From positions 1-44,101 of the forward strand of contig JBIJBE010000029.1 in the NCBI GenBank assembly GCA_044345405.1: DNA of 44,101 bases, read 5' to 3'. The notes beneath the pieces are model-generated. The model did not search any database. It worked only from the letters and a program-made list of their open reading frames with translations, and was not told the DNA's origin. Shown here in pieces: positions 27,862-37,790 of the stretch (positions within the stretch are counted from its first letter, which is position 1; the number at the start of each line of letters is the position of its first letter). This stretch comes from Bdellovibrionota bacterium. GTDB taxonomy: Bacteria > Bdellovibrionota_C > UBA2361 > OMII01. The position numbers were made by a program, and so were the translations under genes.

Positions 27862-29202
27862 ATGAACGAGAAGATCCCCCCTCACCGTTCTCCCACTCTT
27901 CGCGCCGTCGTCGCGCTTATAGCCCTTATGTGGTGTTTGACCACTTGTGACCTCGCGTTCGGTCAAACCTGCAGTCGCACGTGCACGTACCGGATAGTCA
28001 AAGACGCGCGCACCTACAACGTCACGGCGACCGCCCAATACCCGTGCTGGAGAGGATGGTCATCACAAGGTTGCGAGATCCTGAAATCAGCGGTGATGAC
28101 CCGCTTGAGCCCAACATCGCTCTCCGGAACATGGGGAGTAAGCTGCGGTAACATCCACTCGTACGCGGCTACCCTGGAACCTACTCCAACCCCAACCGCT
28201 ACGGCGACGGCGACGGTCACGAAAACTCCGACAGCGACAGCGACAGCTACGCGAAGTATGACGCCGACGGCGACCGTAACAGCTACTCCCACAGCGACCG
28301 CAACGAGCACACCGACGACGACGATGACGTGCACGTCGAGCCCGGTCCCAACACTCACAAGAACACCAACGGCGACTCCAACACGGACGCCAACGCCCAC
28401 CCTCACGGCGACCTTCACCCCAACTCCGGTCGTCTACAAGGTCACACCGATCGCGGAATGCGTGGACGTTCTGGAAAACGGAAACCTCTTAGCCCACTTT
28501 GGCTACCAGAGTGACGAGGCCAGCTCTTTCACCATACCCGTGGGAAGCAAGAATAGCGTATCCCCCGGAGCTCAGAATGTCGGTCAGCCCTCGACATTCC
28601 TTAAGGGACGATTCAGCAACGTTTTCACCGTTGTCGTGCCGATCGTCAAAGAGGCGGTTAGAATCGAGAGCGTATCGGACTACATGCGGTGGACCCTCGG
28701 CGATACCTACGCCGACGCAACGGCGGAGACAGCACGATGCTCACCCCAAGAGATCAGGTGCCAAGATCAGGACAATCGTTCAACACAAGCGGAGCTCGAC
28801 AACCTCGCCGCTCGACAACGTCAAACTATCCGAGCGCTGTCGAAACGGATTCTTCAAGCTGGGCGGGGCAGAACGTACACCGCGCTCGCTCAACGGTATG
28901 CGCAACAGGCCCAAGAGCTTTACACCCAGCAATGGACGACTATCTGGTCCCGCTTCTCGCAATTCACTAAATCATGTACGGGATGCGCCGCCATCGACAA
29001 GACCTCTAACATCGCGGAGATAACCGATCGGTCAAAGAAACTGTTGCGCCTGAGCAAGTTGGCTGCGTCCACCTTAAAGAAAGCCAGAGGAGGTCGCCTC
29101 TCCTCGGCCGATTCTGGGCTCGTGAATACCGCGACCTCTCTGCACGAACGAACACTCAACGTGTCTAAGCAGCTGCCCACCTTTGATAGCCAATGCGGCT
29201 AA
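27862..29202 (+). CDS. Secreted protein with a Thr/Pro-rich linker, an Ig-like domain and a Cys-bracketed helical C-terminal domain
   Basis: Signal peptide, Cys-rich N-domain, ~85-aa TPTAT linker, PIAECV...AHFGY...GQPSTF domain, helical basic tail ending CG. Confidence 0.8.
   Translation: MNEKIPPHRSPTLRAVVALIALMWCLTTCDLAFGQTCSRTCTYRIVKDARTYNVTATAQYPCWRGWSSQGCEILKSAVMTRLSPTSLSGTWGVSCGNIHSYAATLEPTPTPTATATATVTKTPTATATATRSMTPTATVTATPTATATSTPTTTMTCTSSPVPTLTRTPTATPTRTPTPTLTATFTPTPVVYKVTPIAECVDVLENGNLLAHFGYQSDEASSFTIPVGSKNSVSPGAQNVGQPSTFLKGRFSNVFTVVVPIVKEAVRIESVSDYMRWTLGDTYADATAETARCSPQEIRCQDQDNRSTQAELDNLAARQRQTIRALSKRILQAGRGRTYTALAQRYAQQAQELYTQQWTTIWSRFSQFTKSCTGCAAIDKTSNIAEITDRSKKLLRLSKLAASTLKKARGGRLSSADSGLVNTATSLHERTLNVSKQLPTFDSQCG
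28180..28430 (+). repeat. Low-complexity coding repeat (Thr-Pro/Thr-Ala)
   Basis: Repeated ACN-GCG / ACN-CCN codons encoding PTPTPTATATAT... Confidence 0.8.
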
Positions 29203-29288
29203 AGACGAACGGGGCCCGAATCGCAATAATCTGGGAGTCTCTTCGTAACGGCCCCCGGCGGCATGACCTCACACCGTCGGGGTCATGA

Positions 29289-29717
29289 TCATCGAGAAGC
29301 TGATGGCAATGAGGCTCCCTCAAATGGATTAACCGGGGTAGTAGTGATGATATCGATCCAACTTCGGATCGTCGGCGCGGTATTTCGAACACTACTCTCA
29401 GGGGCTCCCGGAACTCCGAATACGGCCTCGGCACTCGCCGTACCCGGCGTGGTAAGGGTTAGTCGGGTGGTGAGACCATATCCGAAATCATTCGCGAAAC
29501 TAGCATGGATGGCGACGGTGCCTCGTGGTCCCTGCAGCTCCCAACGGGCGTGATAGATCGAATGTCGAGCGGACTCCTCCCCCTTTCGGTGCTCCACCTC
29601 AACTTCGCCGGAAAGCTCTGTAAATTGTGGATGAGCGCGAATCTCTGCTTTGAGGGAATCCATGAAACTCTTCGTTTGCCGTATGTACGCAAGGGGGCAC
29701 GATGTTTCCGCTTTCAT
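29289..29717 (-). CDS. Hypothetical protein
   Basis: Strong SD AAAAGGAG before ATG 29717 (MKAETS...). Confidence 0.65.
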   Translation of the reverse strand: MKAETSCPLAYIRQTKSFMDSLKAEIRAHPQFTELSGEVEVEHRKGEESARHSIYHARWELQGPRGTVAIHASFANDFGYGLTTRLTLTTPGTASAEAVFGVPGAPESSVRNTAPTIRSWIDIITTTPVNPFEGASLPSASR

Positions 29718-30249
29718 ACCGTTCTCCTTTTGAAAACAACCGGAGGAGGCGCGATCTCCCCTTCGGATGTGCCCCATAATCCCCTCATAGGGGTCGGTAG
29801 TCAAAGAAGAGGGGTTAATTCGAAGACTATTCCGTCTAGAACCGATCGCTTGCGTGGCGGCCGACGGCCCCATCGACCCTCTTCGCATGCTCTAACCCGC
29901 TGAACCACGGTCAAGACGGCCTTCCCCTCTCCCTAGTCTAAACCTAATCCTTCTCTTCCTGCTGCTCCTGTACCGTATTGCTCTTTCTCACCAATGGATG
30001 TCGATGCTCACATGGTCGAGAGGACAGGATCCGTCGACTTGAGTTTTGCCTCAGCACGGTAGGCTTCGGACCCCTCGTGAGTTTCTTTTATCAAAAGTCG
30101 ACGGTGAGGGGCGCTTGAAATTCCCTGGAGGATGACGAGGAAACCGGTGTAGGTGGAGCATGATGAGAAGAAAAAGGAGGGAGGCGAGCATGGTCCACTA
30201 GGAAATCGTCCAGCTCACGAGACATCGCATCGTCAGCGATCTCCTTCTA

Positions 30250-30876
30250 CTACCAGAGACGAGCCACAGGCTCCGTTGCGCTTAGGGAAAGTACCGGTAT
30301 CCCTACTAGCCCCTCGCGTTGGTCGGTGAGAGGGGTGAGTCGGGCGCTCATCCGATCGAAGAGACCGGTCAGGGTCACTCCCGGCGTCAGGTCAGCGGTA
30401 ATCGGATAGGCACTTGCTCTGTGATGAATACCCCGAGAAAAAAGATACGCCTCCTGTCCCGCACCGGGAAACCCGTCCCTCACTCGAGAGGAGGACTGCA
30501 CGACACCGTACTCATCAACAAAGGCTAGCACCTTCACACGAAGGAGTGAGGAATCCGCTTGTTCGTGCGCCTCTACGTGGACAGCCCTATGCATTCCATC
30601 GATAGGCACAAAGCATGGTCGCTGACTCGCGACTCCGCTCGCCGCGTCAGTTCGCTGAGCGCACATACGATCCACCCCTCCGTGAAGGACCACAACACCT
30701 CGCTCTTCACTGCCCGCCAACGCAAACACTTTATAACCGGAAACAAAGCATGGTATCCGATCCGCGTTACCTGGATGCACGTGATAGATAGTGCAGGGGG
30801 CGGCGAGTCGCTCGAGGAGCTCAAGATGATTCTGCCCTAACCGCGGGGGTAATACCGATATAGCCGTTGCTTGCAT
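30250..30876 (-). CDS. Hypothetical protein
   Basis: Longest ORF in the interval; likely ATG at 30876; no motif recognised. Confidence 0.6.
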   Translation of the reverse strand: MQATAISVLPPRLGQNHLELLERLAAPCTIYHVHPGNADRIPCFVSGYKVFALAGSEERGVVVLHGGVDRMCAQRTDAASGVASQRPCFVPIDGMHRAVHVEAHEQADSSLLRVKVLAFVDEYGVVQSSSRVRDGFPGAGQEAYLFSRGIHHRASAYPITADLTPGVTLTGLFDRMSARLTPLTDQREGLVGIPVLSLSATEPVARLW

Positions 30877-31013
30877 ACAAGCTCTGGTATGGCGGGTTTG
30901 TCCCTTAGAGTATCCTCTCAATCCATCGGAGAGCGGGCAGTCCGGCACAAGACGCACATTTCACACTGATTAGGGGCTTGAGCCTTTTACCCGCGGAGTG
31001 GAATATCAACGCT

Positions 31014-32105
31014 ATGGGACAACGATGCACCTCATATCCTAGTATAAGGCGTTTGATCGTCGTCCTCCTTCCATGGCTCCTGGCCTGCGGGAATCTCGTA
31101 GCGCAAGAACCTGCTCGAGAGATACGAGTTGCGGGACTCTTCGATCTAACCGCTGGGGGCGCTATATGGGGGAAGAGCGAGAAAAACGCCTTCCTGATGG
31201 CATGCGACGACTTTACCCGGAGCCACCCAACGATCAAGGTGCTACCTCTCGTAGAGGACACCATGTTCTCAAGTCGCCAAACGGTCACCGCGCTCCAAAA
31301 GGTTTCATCGGTCGATAAGATCTCCTACGTAGTGGGGGCTACATGGGAAACGACTGTCGCGATGATGCCGCTCTGCGAGGCAAAGCGGATACTGTGTGTA
31401 TCCCCCTCGTATCACGGAAAGGAATACTACGCTCGCCCTTGGCGCTATAATTTCACAGCGTGGTTTGACGACCGTGACTACGCGGGGGCGCTCGTCAATC
31501 AGATGAATGAACGGGGCTACAAGAAGATAGCGATATTCGCCGCGATCACCCCCTACTACGACTCCCTCGTCGAACACCTGACGCCGCGCGCAAAGGGCTC
31601 TATCGTGAGCACGCAACGCATGGTGCTCGACGAGCGAGATTTTCGAAGCATAATCGCTAAGGTTCCGCGGGATGTGGACGCCATCGTCATGCTGCTCGAC
31701 AATGCCGGTCAGATTCAAGCGTTTCTCAAGCAGTGGAGTGAGCTTCGCCGAGATCGTCCCGATATCTACTCAGACGATTTAATAGCGTACCTCGATCCAC
31801 CAGAGAATATTACGGCCTACGGGTTTACCTACTTCTACTCCTATCCGATCTTCGATCAAACGCGCCTTCAAACCTTTAACGACCGGTATCGCGCGGCCTA
31901 CAACGAGCCACCCCAGGGATCCAGCGCGGTTGTAGCGTACGATGAGACGATCCTCCTTCTCTCATGCGCGGAGAGGTCCGCGACGTTAGAGGCTACGCGT
32001 GAGTGTGTGGCTACTACCCGCGATTTTCAGGGCATGTCCGGAACGTTCTCCTTTAACGGAGGGCAAACAGCGTCGGGAAGGGCGATCGGAATCAAGCGTC
32101 TCTGA
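31014..32105 (+). CDS. ABC-type substrate-binding protein, branched-chain amino acid (LivJ-like) family
   Basis: AGLFDLTAG, VEDT, YVVGA, F...YRAAY...P....VVAYD, FQGMSGTFSF; no permease genes adjacent. Confidence 0.85.
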   Translation: MGQRCTSYPSIRRLIVVLLPWLLACGNLVAQEPAREIRVAGLFDLTAGGAIWGKSEKNAFLMACDDFTRSHPTIKVLPLVEDTMFSSRQTVTALQKVSSVDKISYVVGATWETTVAMMPLCEAKRILCVSPSYHGKEYYARPWRYNFTAWFDDRDYAGALVNQMNERGYKKIAIFAAITPYYDSLVEHLTPRAKGSIVSTQRMVLDERDFRSIIAKVPRDVDAIVMLLDNAGQIQAFLKQWSELRRDRPDIYSDDLIAYLDPPENITAYGFTYFYSYPIFDQTRLQTFNDRYRAAYNEPPQGSSAVVAYDETILLLSCAERSATLEATRECVATTRDFQGMSGTFSFNGGQTASGRAIGIKRL

Positions 32106-32110
32106 AAACC

Positions 32111-34651
32111 CTAAGATTCTCCCCTCTCGTTCTCATCGCCAACCTCGCTCGCGTTGAGCGTATCAAGCAACGCCGCTACTATATTTATTTCGGGATTGCG
32201 TGAGAGTCGCGGCGCGGGAACCGTCGGACGATAGAGGAGAGCCTTCCCAACGATATCCTTATAGTCATCGGGAGCGTCTATAACCAGATGAGGATCCTTT
32301 CCTGGAGCGCCGGTCGCGAGGTGTTCTATCGCGTCACACACCGACGAGCGCAACGCCTCGCGTTCACTCGCCTCCCCAAGCTGAGCGGAGATTCGTAGTA
32401 CAGGATATCCAGCGCCCGTCAGGATTTTAGTCACTAAGAGTGAGTGCCCATCGAATCCACGGAAAGGCCAGCTCCCATTAACGCTATGGTAGGGTTCTCC
32501 GTCTATCAGAAGGACGACCGGTGGAACTGAATCGTTCGAACTTCTTAGGACGCCATCAATCGCGGGGGCCCATGGGATGTACGTACCCCCTTGAACAGAG
32601 AGGTGCGGAATCTCATCGATCGCCGCCTTCATACGGACTTCAAGGGATGAGTGGAAGAGATTACCACCCGAACTTCGCAGCGAGGATATCTCACCCACCC
32701 GCTCAGGGTAGAGCGCCGCGATCACTATTCGATAGGAGGACCTCGCTTTCGGACTCCACCTAGCGAGCATCCGAATTGGGCGATCGTAGCGCTTCTCGAA
32801 CACATCTCTGAGGCGGTTTCGGATCTCGGGATTGGCGCCGTACACCAAAGAGCTATGCGCGTAATTGAGCCAGGAAGTAACCTCCAGATCACGACGACAC
32901 GCCTGCGCATGTATAATACTGACCGCTTGGTTTTTAGGTGCCCTCACCTCAGAGAGATTACGAGCAAGCTGCGCGGCGCAAAGGGTGTCTGGAAACCGCT
33001 CAAGAGCGGCAGCGGCTCGCTCCTCAAAGATGCGAGAGGTCTGAAAGGTAGTTCTCATTCCGGCGATAAACGCGGCGAAGCGGATATCGTTCATTAACGA
33101 GGCGCTCACCGATCCGAGCGCGACCGTTAACTCGTCGAAACCTAGACGATTAAGCTCACCTACCACACTTCCAAGGGCATCAAGGAGAACGACGGTGCCT
33201 CTGACGACGTGGTTTGAACCCGACGCCTCGGACTCTTGTCTCCAAATATTAAGGGCCTCATCTCGAACGGTACGAAGCATGTCGAGATAGAACTCCCCGT
33301 GCCATTTTCGCAACCCTGGCGCCGCCAGCGCGAGATGATACGGTCGCTCTCGAATGAGCGCTCGCAGAAACTCATACGCACCTTGGCGAGAACGCTCTGA
33401 AACATCCGGCTTCCAGTAATGCGCGGCGACGCACCGACACGCCAACGTAACCTGAGACGCTTCGTACCGCTCCTCATCCTCACGGCTCACCCAGTTCCGG
33501 GGCGCGATCTCGGTCGAAAGGCGCTTGCCATCTTGTGGCTCCCATATACCGGGGACCTCTATCCCTAATCCGCGAGCGAGCGGCATCAAAACGTGAGAGT
33601 CCCGATCAAATCGGGATGTAACGGATTGAATGCCGCGAAATCGAACGTCAGGGAAGGAGCCAAGGTATATGAAATGAGAGCTATCAAGGTCTCCCCGCTC
33701 GTCGATAACGGGAAGTTTGGAAGCGTGATCATTTCCTAACGCGTCGGTTAAAAATTCGGACTGTTCGAGGATCCATCGCTCCGTCGTCAGAAGTCTTTGC
33801 GGTTCTCGGCCGAGAGCCGGATGGGGAATCTCACGGGGATAGAGGAGCGATATCTTCAGGTTTCCCTCACACGCCACCGGCACCTTTAGCAGAAGCTTCG
33901 TAAGATCATCCCGGAGCCGCCACAACATCGCTGCCTCGGCCTCTTTTCCGAGCCATCCCCGACACGATTCGTATCGGTCTCGTATGAAGAGACACGCCTC
34001 AAGACTCGTTGGTTCCCGTCGTGCTACCGCGGTTTTCAGAAGGGCAGCGATGCGGGGGAGGTTCTCCTCTCGTTGAGCGAGCTCCATGTACCCTTCTTTA
34101 ACACAGATGAATCCGAACGCTCTTGTCCCTGGAGAGCCTCCTGCGCATGGAGAAAGCCTCAGAGCGACCTCAAGAGCGTCAAGGGCATAGTAGGACCGCA
34201 GCTGTTTAAAGCCAGCCCAAGCACCCTGGGGATTCACCGCTATCAGATCCGCGACGGTCTTCGCTGAAGGAAGATTGTGTTGCGCGAACGAATTTCTCTT
34301 GGCGTGCCGACACAAAGCCTCCGCGATATCCCATGCGATGGCGGCTCGGTGAGACGGGCCTTTGTCTAGGATCTCCTGAATAGCTCCCCACATCATCTCC
34401 GGAGCAGCGGGACCGCCCTTGGCTAATAACCGAGAGATGGTGGCGACAAACAGGGGCTCTTGATGCGCCCGGATCATCACCTCAAATAGTGGTCGTTGTA
34501 CCGGCGCCTGCGCTTCATCCTGAGGGACCGCAGGCAACGTGCCGTGGAGGTTGGAGTCACGCACTTCAGGCGCGGATTGCCCTCCATCGGAGCCGGGGTG
34601 GCGATGATTACTATCCCCCTCATGCATGTGACTCGACGGAGAAACGGACAT
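32111..34651 (-). CDS. Large hypothetical protein with a C-terminal RAP/DUF559-like (restriction-endonuclease fold) domain
   Basis: AIDGVL...LLIDGEPYH...GHSLLVTKILTGAGYPVLRIS resembles the RAP consensus; long predicted-helical N-terminal region. Confidence 0.65.
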   Translation of the reverse strand: MSVSPSSHMHEGDSNHRHPGSDGGQSAPEVRDSNLHGTLPAVPQDEAQAPVQRPLFEVMIRAHQEPLFVATISRLLAKGGPAAPEMMWGAIQEILDKGPSHRAAIAWDIAEALCRHAKRNSFAQHNLPSAKTVADLIAVNPQGAWAGFKQLRSYYALDALEVALRLSPCAGGSPGTRAFGFICVKEGYMELAQREENLPRIAALLKTAVARREPTSLEACLFIRDRYESCRGWLGKEAEAAMLWRLRDDLTKLLLKVPVACEGNLKISLLYPREIPHPALGREPQRLLTTERWILEQSEFLTDALGNDHASKLPVIDERGDLDSSHFIYLGSFPDVRFRGIQSVTSRFDRDSHVLMPLARGLGIEVPGIWEPQDGKRLSTEIAPRNWVSREDEERYEASQVTLACRCVAAHYWKPDVSERSRQGAYEFLRALIRERPYHLALAAPGLRKWHGEFYLDMLRTVRDEALNIWRQESEASGSNHVVRGTVVLLDALGSVVGELNRLGFDELTVALGSVSASLMNDIRFAAFIAGMRTTFQTSRIFEERAAAALERFPDTLCAAQLARNLSEVRAPKNQAVSIIHAQACRRDLEVTSWLNYAHSSLVYGANPEIRNRLRDVFEKRYDRPIRMLARWSPKARSSYRIVIAALYPERVGEISSLRSSGGNLFHSSLEVRMKAAIDEIPHLSVQGGTYIPWAPAIDGVLRSSNDSVPPVVLLIDGEPYHSVNGSWPFRGFDGHSLLVTKILTGAGYPVLRISAQLGEASEREALRSSVCDAIEHLATGAPGKDPHLVIDAPDDYKDIVGKALLYRPTVPAPRLSRNPEINIVAALLDTLNASEVGDENERGES

Positions 34652-34806
34652 ATCGAAAGCAGCTCGTTAGTAGGACAACCAGATGAGGATTTGATGGTAA
34701 CGAACCCTGATACTCAAGTCATCTTTGTCTAAACGATTTGGACCAATATCGACTAAAAACGACTGCTAAGGATCTCGTCTATGGTTTGCGTCGCCCCTAA
34801 AGACAT

Positions 34807-34841
34807 AAAAAACCCCAACATGTCGCGGAGACATGTTGGGG
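34807..34841 (-). terminator. Rho-independent terminator of the DUF481 gene
   Basis: Perfect 12-bp stem CCCCAACATGTC/GACATGTTGGGG followed by T6 on the minus strand. Confidence 0.85.
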
Positions 34842-34871
34842 CCGATCGTACCGGTAGAAGGTCCTCCTCTC

Positions 34872-35696
34872 TTAGAGAGTTACCTTCAATGCGGTAATAG
34901 TAATGACGTCGTTTGGCACACGGCCCTCCGCGGGCTTATTGATGTAGTAATCCCGCACCGTGAGAACCAGACTTAGGTATGAGTTGAGCGCGCTCTCAAT
35001 ACCGACTTCCGCGTTGAAGATGTACTGATCGGCGTCCTCGAAACTTACCAGATACTCCGCGAACTGGAAGATCTTCGATGTTGGAGAGAGTGACCACTCG
35101 AGACGATCAGCGATACGCGCCGCCGCGAAGTCCTCTTCCTCGTCTCCGAGCTTCTCGAAAACGTATGATGGACCTGCCTCTAGGCTGAACTTAGTCTGCT
35201 CATCGCGAATAAGGTAACGACCCGCTGAAGGGCTCACGATAACCCGATACTTCAGGTCCGCAATCTCATCGTGCGCGAACGCGGTACCAGCTCCCGCGAA
35301 CCAGTCGTCTTCAAGAACCCTCCGATAATCGGCGAGAGCGCGGAAGTTATTCTTGTTCTCAGTCTTCGGCGCGTCAGCGCTATCGGCGGCGGCGCCGTAG
35401 TTATAGTCGGCTTGAAATCGCCATGAGTTGTTCTCGTAATCACGCGCGACAAGGCCACCGGCATAGATGTTTGTGGTCTTGCTGTTTCCCTCGGTGTAGT
35501 TAAGACCGAAACTAAGGCTCTTGTCCCAAATAGAGGGATCCTTGGCTGGCTCCTCACACGTCGTCGGCGCTGCTGCCTTGGTAGGCGGCGCGGAAAATTG
35601 CTTGAGATTTTTCGAAGGGTCCTCGGCCGCGGCTACCTGAGCCATAAAACCGACGACTACAATGCCTAAGGCGCGGAGCAGGTTCTTAATCAACAT
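34872..35696 (-). CDS. DUF481 / YdiY-like outer-membrane beta-barrel protein
   Basis: Signal peptide, GLNYTEGNS, D....LKYR, LEAGPSY, Y.NKP..GR...D; GGAGG SD before ATG 35696. Confidence 0.85.
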   Translation of the reverse strand: MLIKNLLRALGIVVVGFMAQVAAAEDPSKNLKQFSAPPTKAAAPTTCEEPAKDPSIWDKSLSFGLNYTEGNSKTTNIYAGGLVARDYENNSWRFQADYNYGAAADSADAPKTENKNNFRALADYRRVLEDDWFAGAGTAFAHDEIADLKYRVIVSPSAGRYLIRDEQTKFSLEAGPSYVFEKLGDEEEDFAAARIADRLEWSLSPTSKIFQFAEYLVSFEDADQYIFNAEVGIESALNSYLSLVLTVRDYYINKPAEGRVPNDVITITALKVTL

Positions 35697-35948
35697 TATT
35701 CCTCCAAAGGTTTTACCCACGTCGTGGGAGGTCACCTGCAAGTTTGCCGACAGGTGAGTTCCGGGAATCGAGTCATGATCACCGTCATGTTCGACCCGGA
35801 TTTCTTGCCTGGTTTCAGATTGAATTGCAAGAGCAGGCACACTTGGGCGCCCTGGGTTCAAAAATAAATTCAAAGCGAAGGCGAAACAAACGACATTCCG
35901 AAACGGCGAGTTCTCGTCCGTCCATCCATAGGAAACGGTCGTCCCTGC

Positions 35949-37628
35949 CTATTTCTTCCAGGAAACTTGGTAGTTCGGACCGTGCGAGTAAGGCATACGC
36001 TCAGGGAGTTTCATTCGCACCCTGAGGGGACGGGTAAATGAGCTTCCTACGATCAAGGCTTCGCCTGGAGCGAGCGCCGGTAGCTCATCAAGGAGTTCTC
36101 TGTCACATGTACCGGTTGAGCGTTCAACGATGGCGCGATCGGTAATCCCAACAAGTCGGTGCACGATGAAGGTTCCTACCTGACTCATAATGTCCTCGGG
36201 AATGTCTCCGGGACGCTGCGTAGAGACACACAGCGTGAGTCCGTACTTCCTCCCCTCCTTCGCGATAATACGGTAGGTATCCAGGGGGAAGTCTCTGGAA
36301 AAGAGAGAAACGCTTTCGTGAAGAACCTGGTGGGCCTCATCCACTACCACGAGCGCTGGTTGCTCCATGAACACTCGCCGTCGCCCCAAGTCCAACATTC
36401 GCCTCCCGATCGCGTTGGCGACTATTTCGCGCACGTGATGAATCGAAGGGAGAAACTCGAAACTCACTCGTAAGACCGAAGCGTTATCGTCGACCAGAAA
36501 GGTGTCTAGCGTATTTATCAACGAAGGCGCCGCGTGCGGTAAAAAGATCGGCCCGAGATCTCCACGAGTAAGGATCTCGTCACACCGATGAATCAGTCCG
36601 GCACACCCCGCTAGCTCCTCATTATTTATTCCTCCCCACAGCCCGATCTCGGCTTGGCTTCGATACATATCGACGCACTCAAGTTCAATCTGAAGCGGAA
36701 GGCGATAGATGTCGAAGAGATTTTCGGGGACTTGCAAGTCATGCTTGAAATCATCCATGCCCTGATCATAGGCCCGCTTCTCGCGATGAGCCTTTGGAAA
36801 GACCCCGTCCGCCGCCAACTTCGGCTCGAGGTGAAGGAGCTTGAGTGTCTTGATCGCCGCTCTAAGCTTGAACAATTGAAGCGCGTTGTCCGGCTCTAAG
36901 ATCGACACGAGGTCAGCTTCTGTTAATTGAAAGAAGGGAAGTGAAACAGGAGCGCTTTGGATACTATCCCGGCTTGAAATCCCAAGGTGCGTGTGGATGA
37001 TGTCGCCCTCAAGGGACTCATACTCGCCGGTAAGATCTAAAAGGACGACCTTCGCCCGATGTCGTGAGCACTCCTCGACGAGTCGAGCCACCGAGCAACT
37101 CTTACCACCACCCGAACTCCCCACTATCGCTACGTGCCGACCAAAAACTTTTTCCGGCGATAGCCCAACCGAGAACCTTTCGTCCCTCGCGGCGAACGCG
37201 AGATCCAAGAGCACCTCGTCCACGACGGCTTCCCCAACACTCGACCGGTCCTCGAAGAGGGCATGCGCGATCTCCTGGTCACACCGCTCAACATGCGCGC
37301 CGACTCCGGGAATCTCCTTCGCTCCGGGCACGATGACGCCACTTTCGGCCTCAACGGTAGCGACAAAACGCACCTCAGCTATGGTGTGCTGCGCCCTCTG
37401 GAGGGAAGCAACCTCTCCGACCACACACCCAGACCCTAAATGAATTGAGAGAAGATCTCCTATCCTGACCCCTCCCGCATTTTTCGGATTAATCGCGATC
37501 AACGCGCTGATACCATACACCTCTGTAACGACGCCAAGGGGAGGCGATGCTGCCTGTCCGGGCGGCTTCGTCTCCTTTTCGACCGTGTCCTTTGGACGTC
37601 CTGATGTAGATGCTGGTGGTACGTTCAT
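35949..37628 (-). CDS. HerA-like (DUF87) ATPase/helicase with an N-terminal HAS-barrel-like region
   Basis: FGRHVAIVGSSGGGKS (Walker A), LDLTGEY, VVDEAH (Walker B), IAKEGRKYG, STQRP, HRL...DR, GEALIVG. Confidence 0.9.
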   Translation of the reverse strand: MNVPPASTSGRPKDTVEKETKPPGQAASPPLGVVTEVYGISALIAINPKNAGGVRIGDLLSIHLGSGCVVGEVASLQRAQHTIAEVRFVATVEAESGVIVPGAKEIPGVGAHVERCDQEIAHALFEDRSSVGEAVVDEVLLDLAFAARDERFSVGLSPEKVFGRHVAIVGSSGGGKSCSVARLVEECSRHRAKVVLLDLTGEYESLEGDIIHTHLGISSRDSIQSAPVSLPFFQLTEADLVSILEPDNALQLFKLRAAIKTLKLLHLEPKLAADGVFPKAHREKRAYDQGMDDFKHDLQVPENLFDIYRLPLQIELECVDMYRSQAEIGLWGGINNEELAGCAGLIHRCDEILTRGDLGPIFLPHAAPSLINTLDTFLVDDNASVLRVSFEFLPSIHHVREIVANAIGRRMLDLGRRRVFMEQPALVVVDEAHQVLHESVSLFSRDFPLDTYRIIAKEGRKYGLTLCVSTQRPGDIPEDIMSQVGTFIVHRLVGITDRAIVERSTGTCDRELLDELPALAPGEALIVGSSFTRPLRVRMKLPERMPYSHGPNYQVSWKK

Positions 37629-37790
37629 GTGCTGCGAAATGCGTTGTACTAGCCCCCGGTAACTGCATCGGCCTCTTTAAGTTACAACCTGTGGATTGGT
37701 CGCTGTATGCCTATTACTCCCCTGACCTATGTTCGAGGGCCCCTACGAGAACCTCGTATGTCCCTTCACCCTACTACGGCTCACTCAATC

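Noticed and set aside
28014-28418. Val/Ala/Gly-rich 134-aa minus-strand ORF resembling a membrane protein
   Set aside because: It is the reverse complement of the Thr/Pro linker of the 27862 gene
29930-30191. Short minus-strand ORF (MLASLLFLLIM...) that could be extended through a TGA
   Set aside because: About 60 codons, no recognisable motif or SD, and nothing supports readthrough
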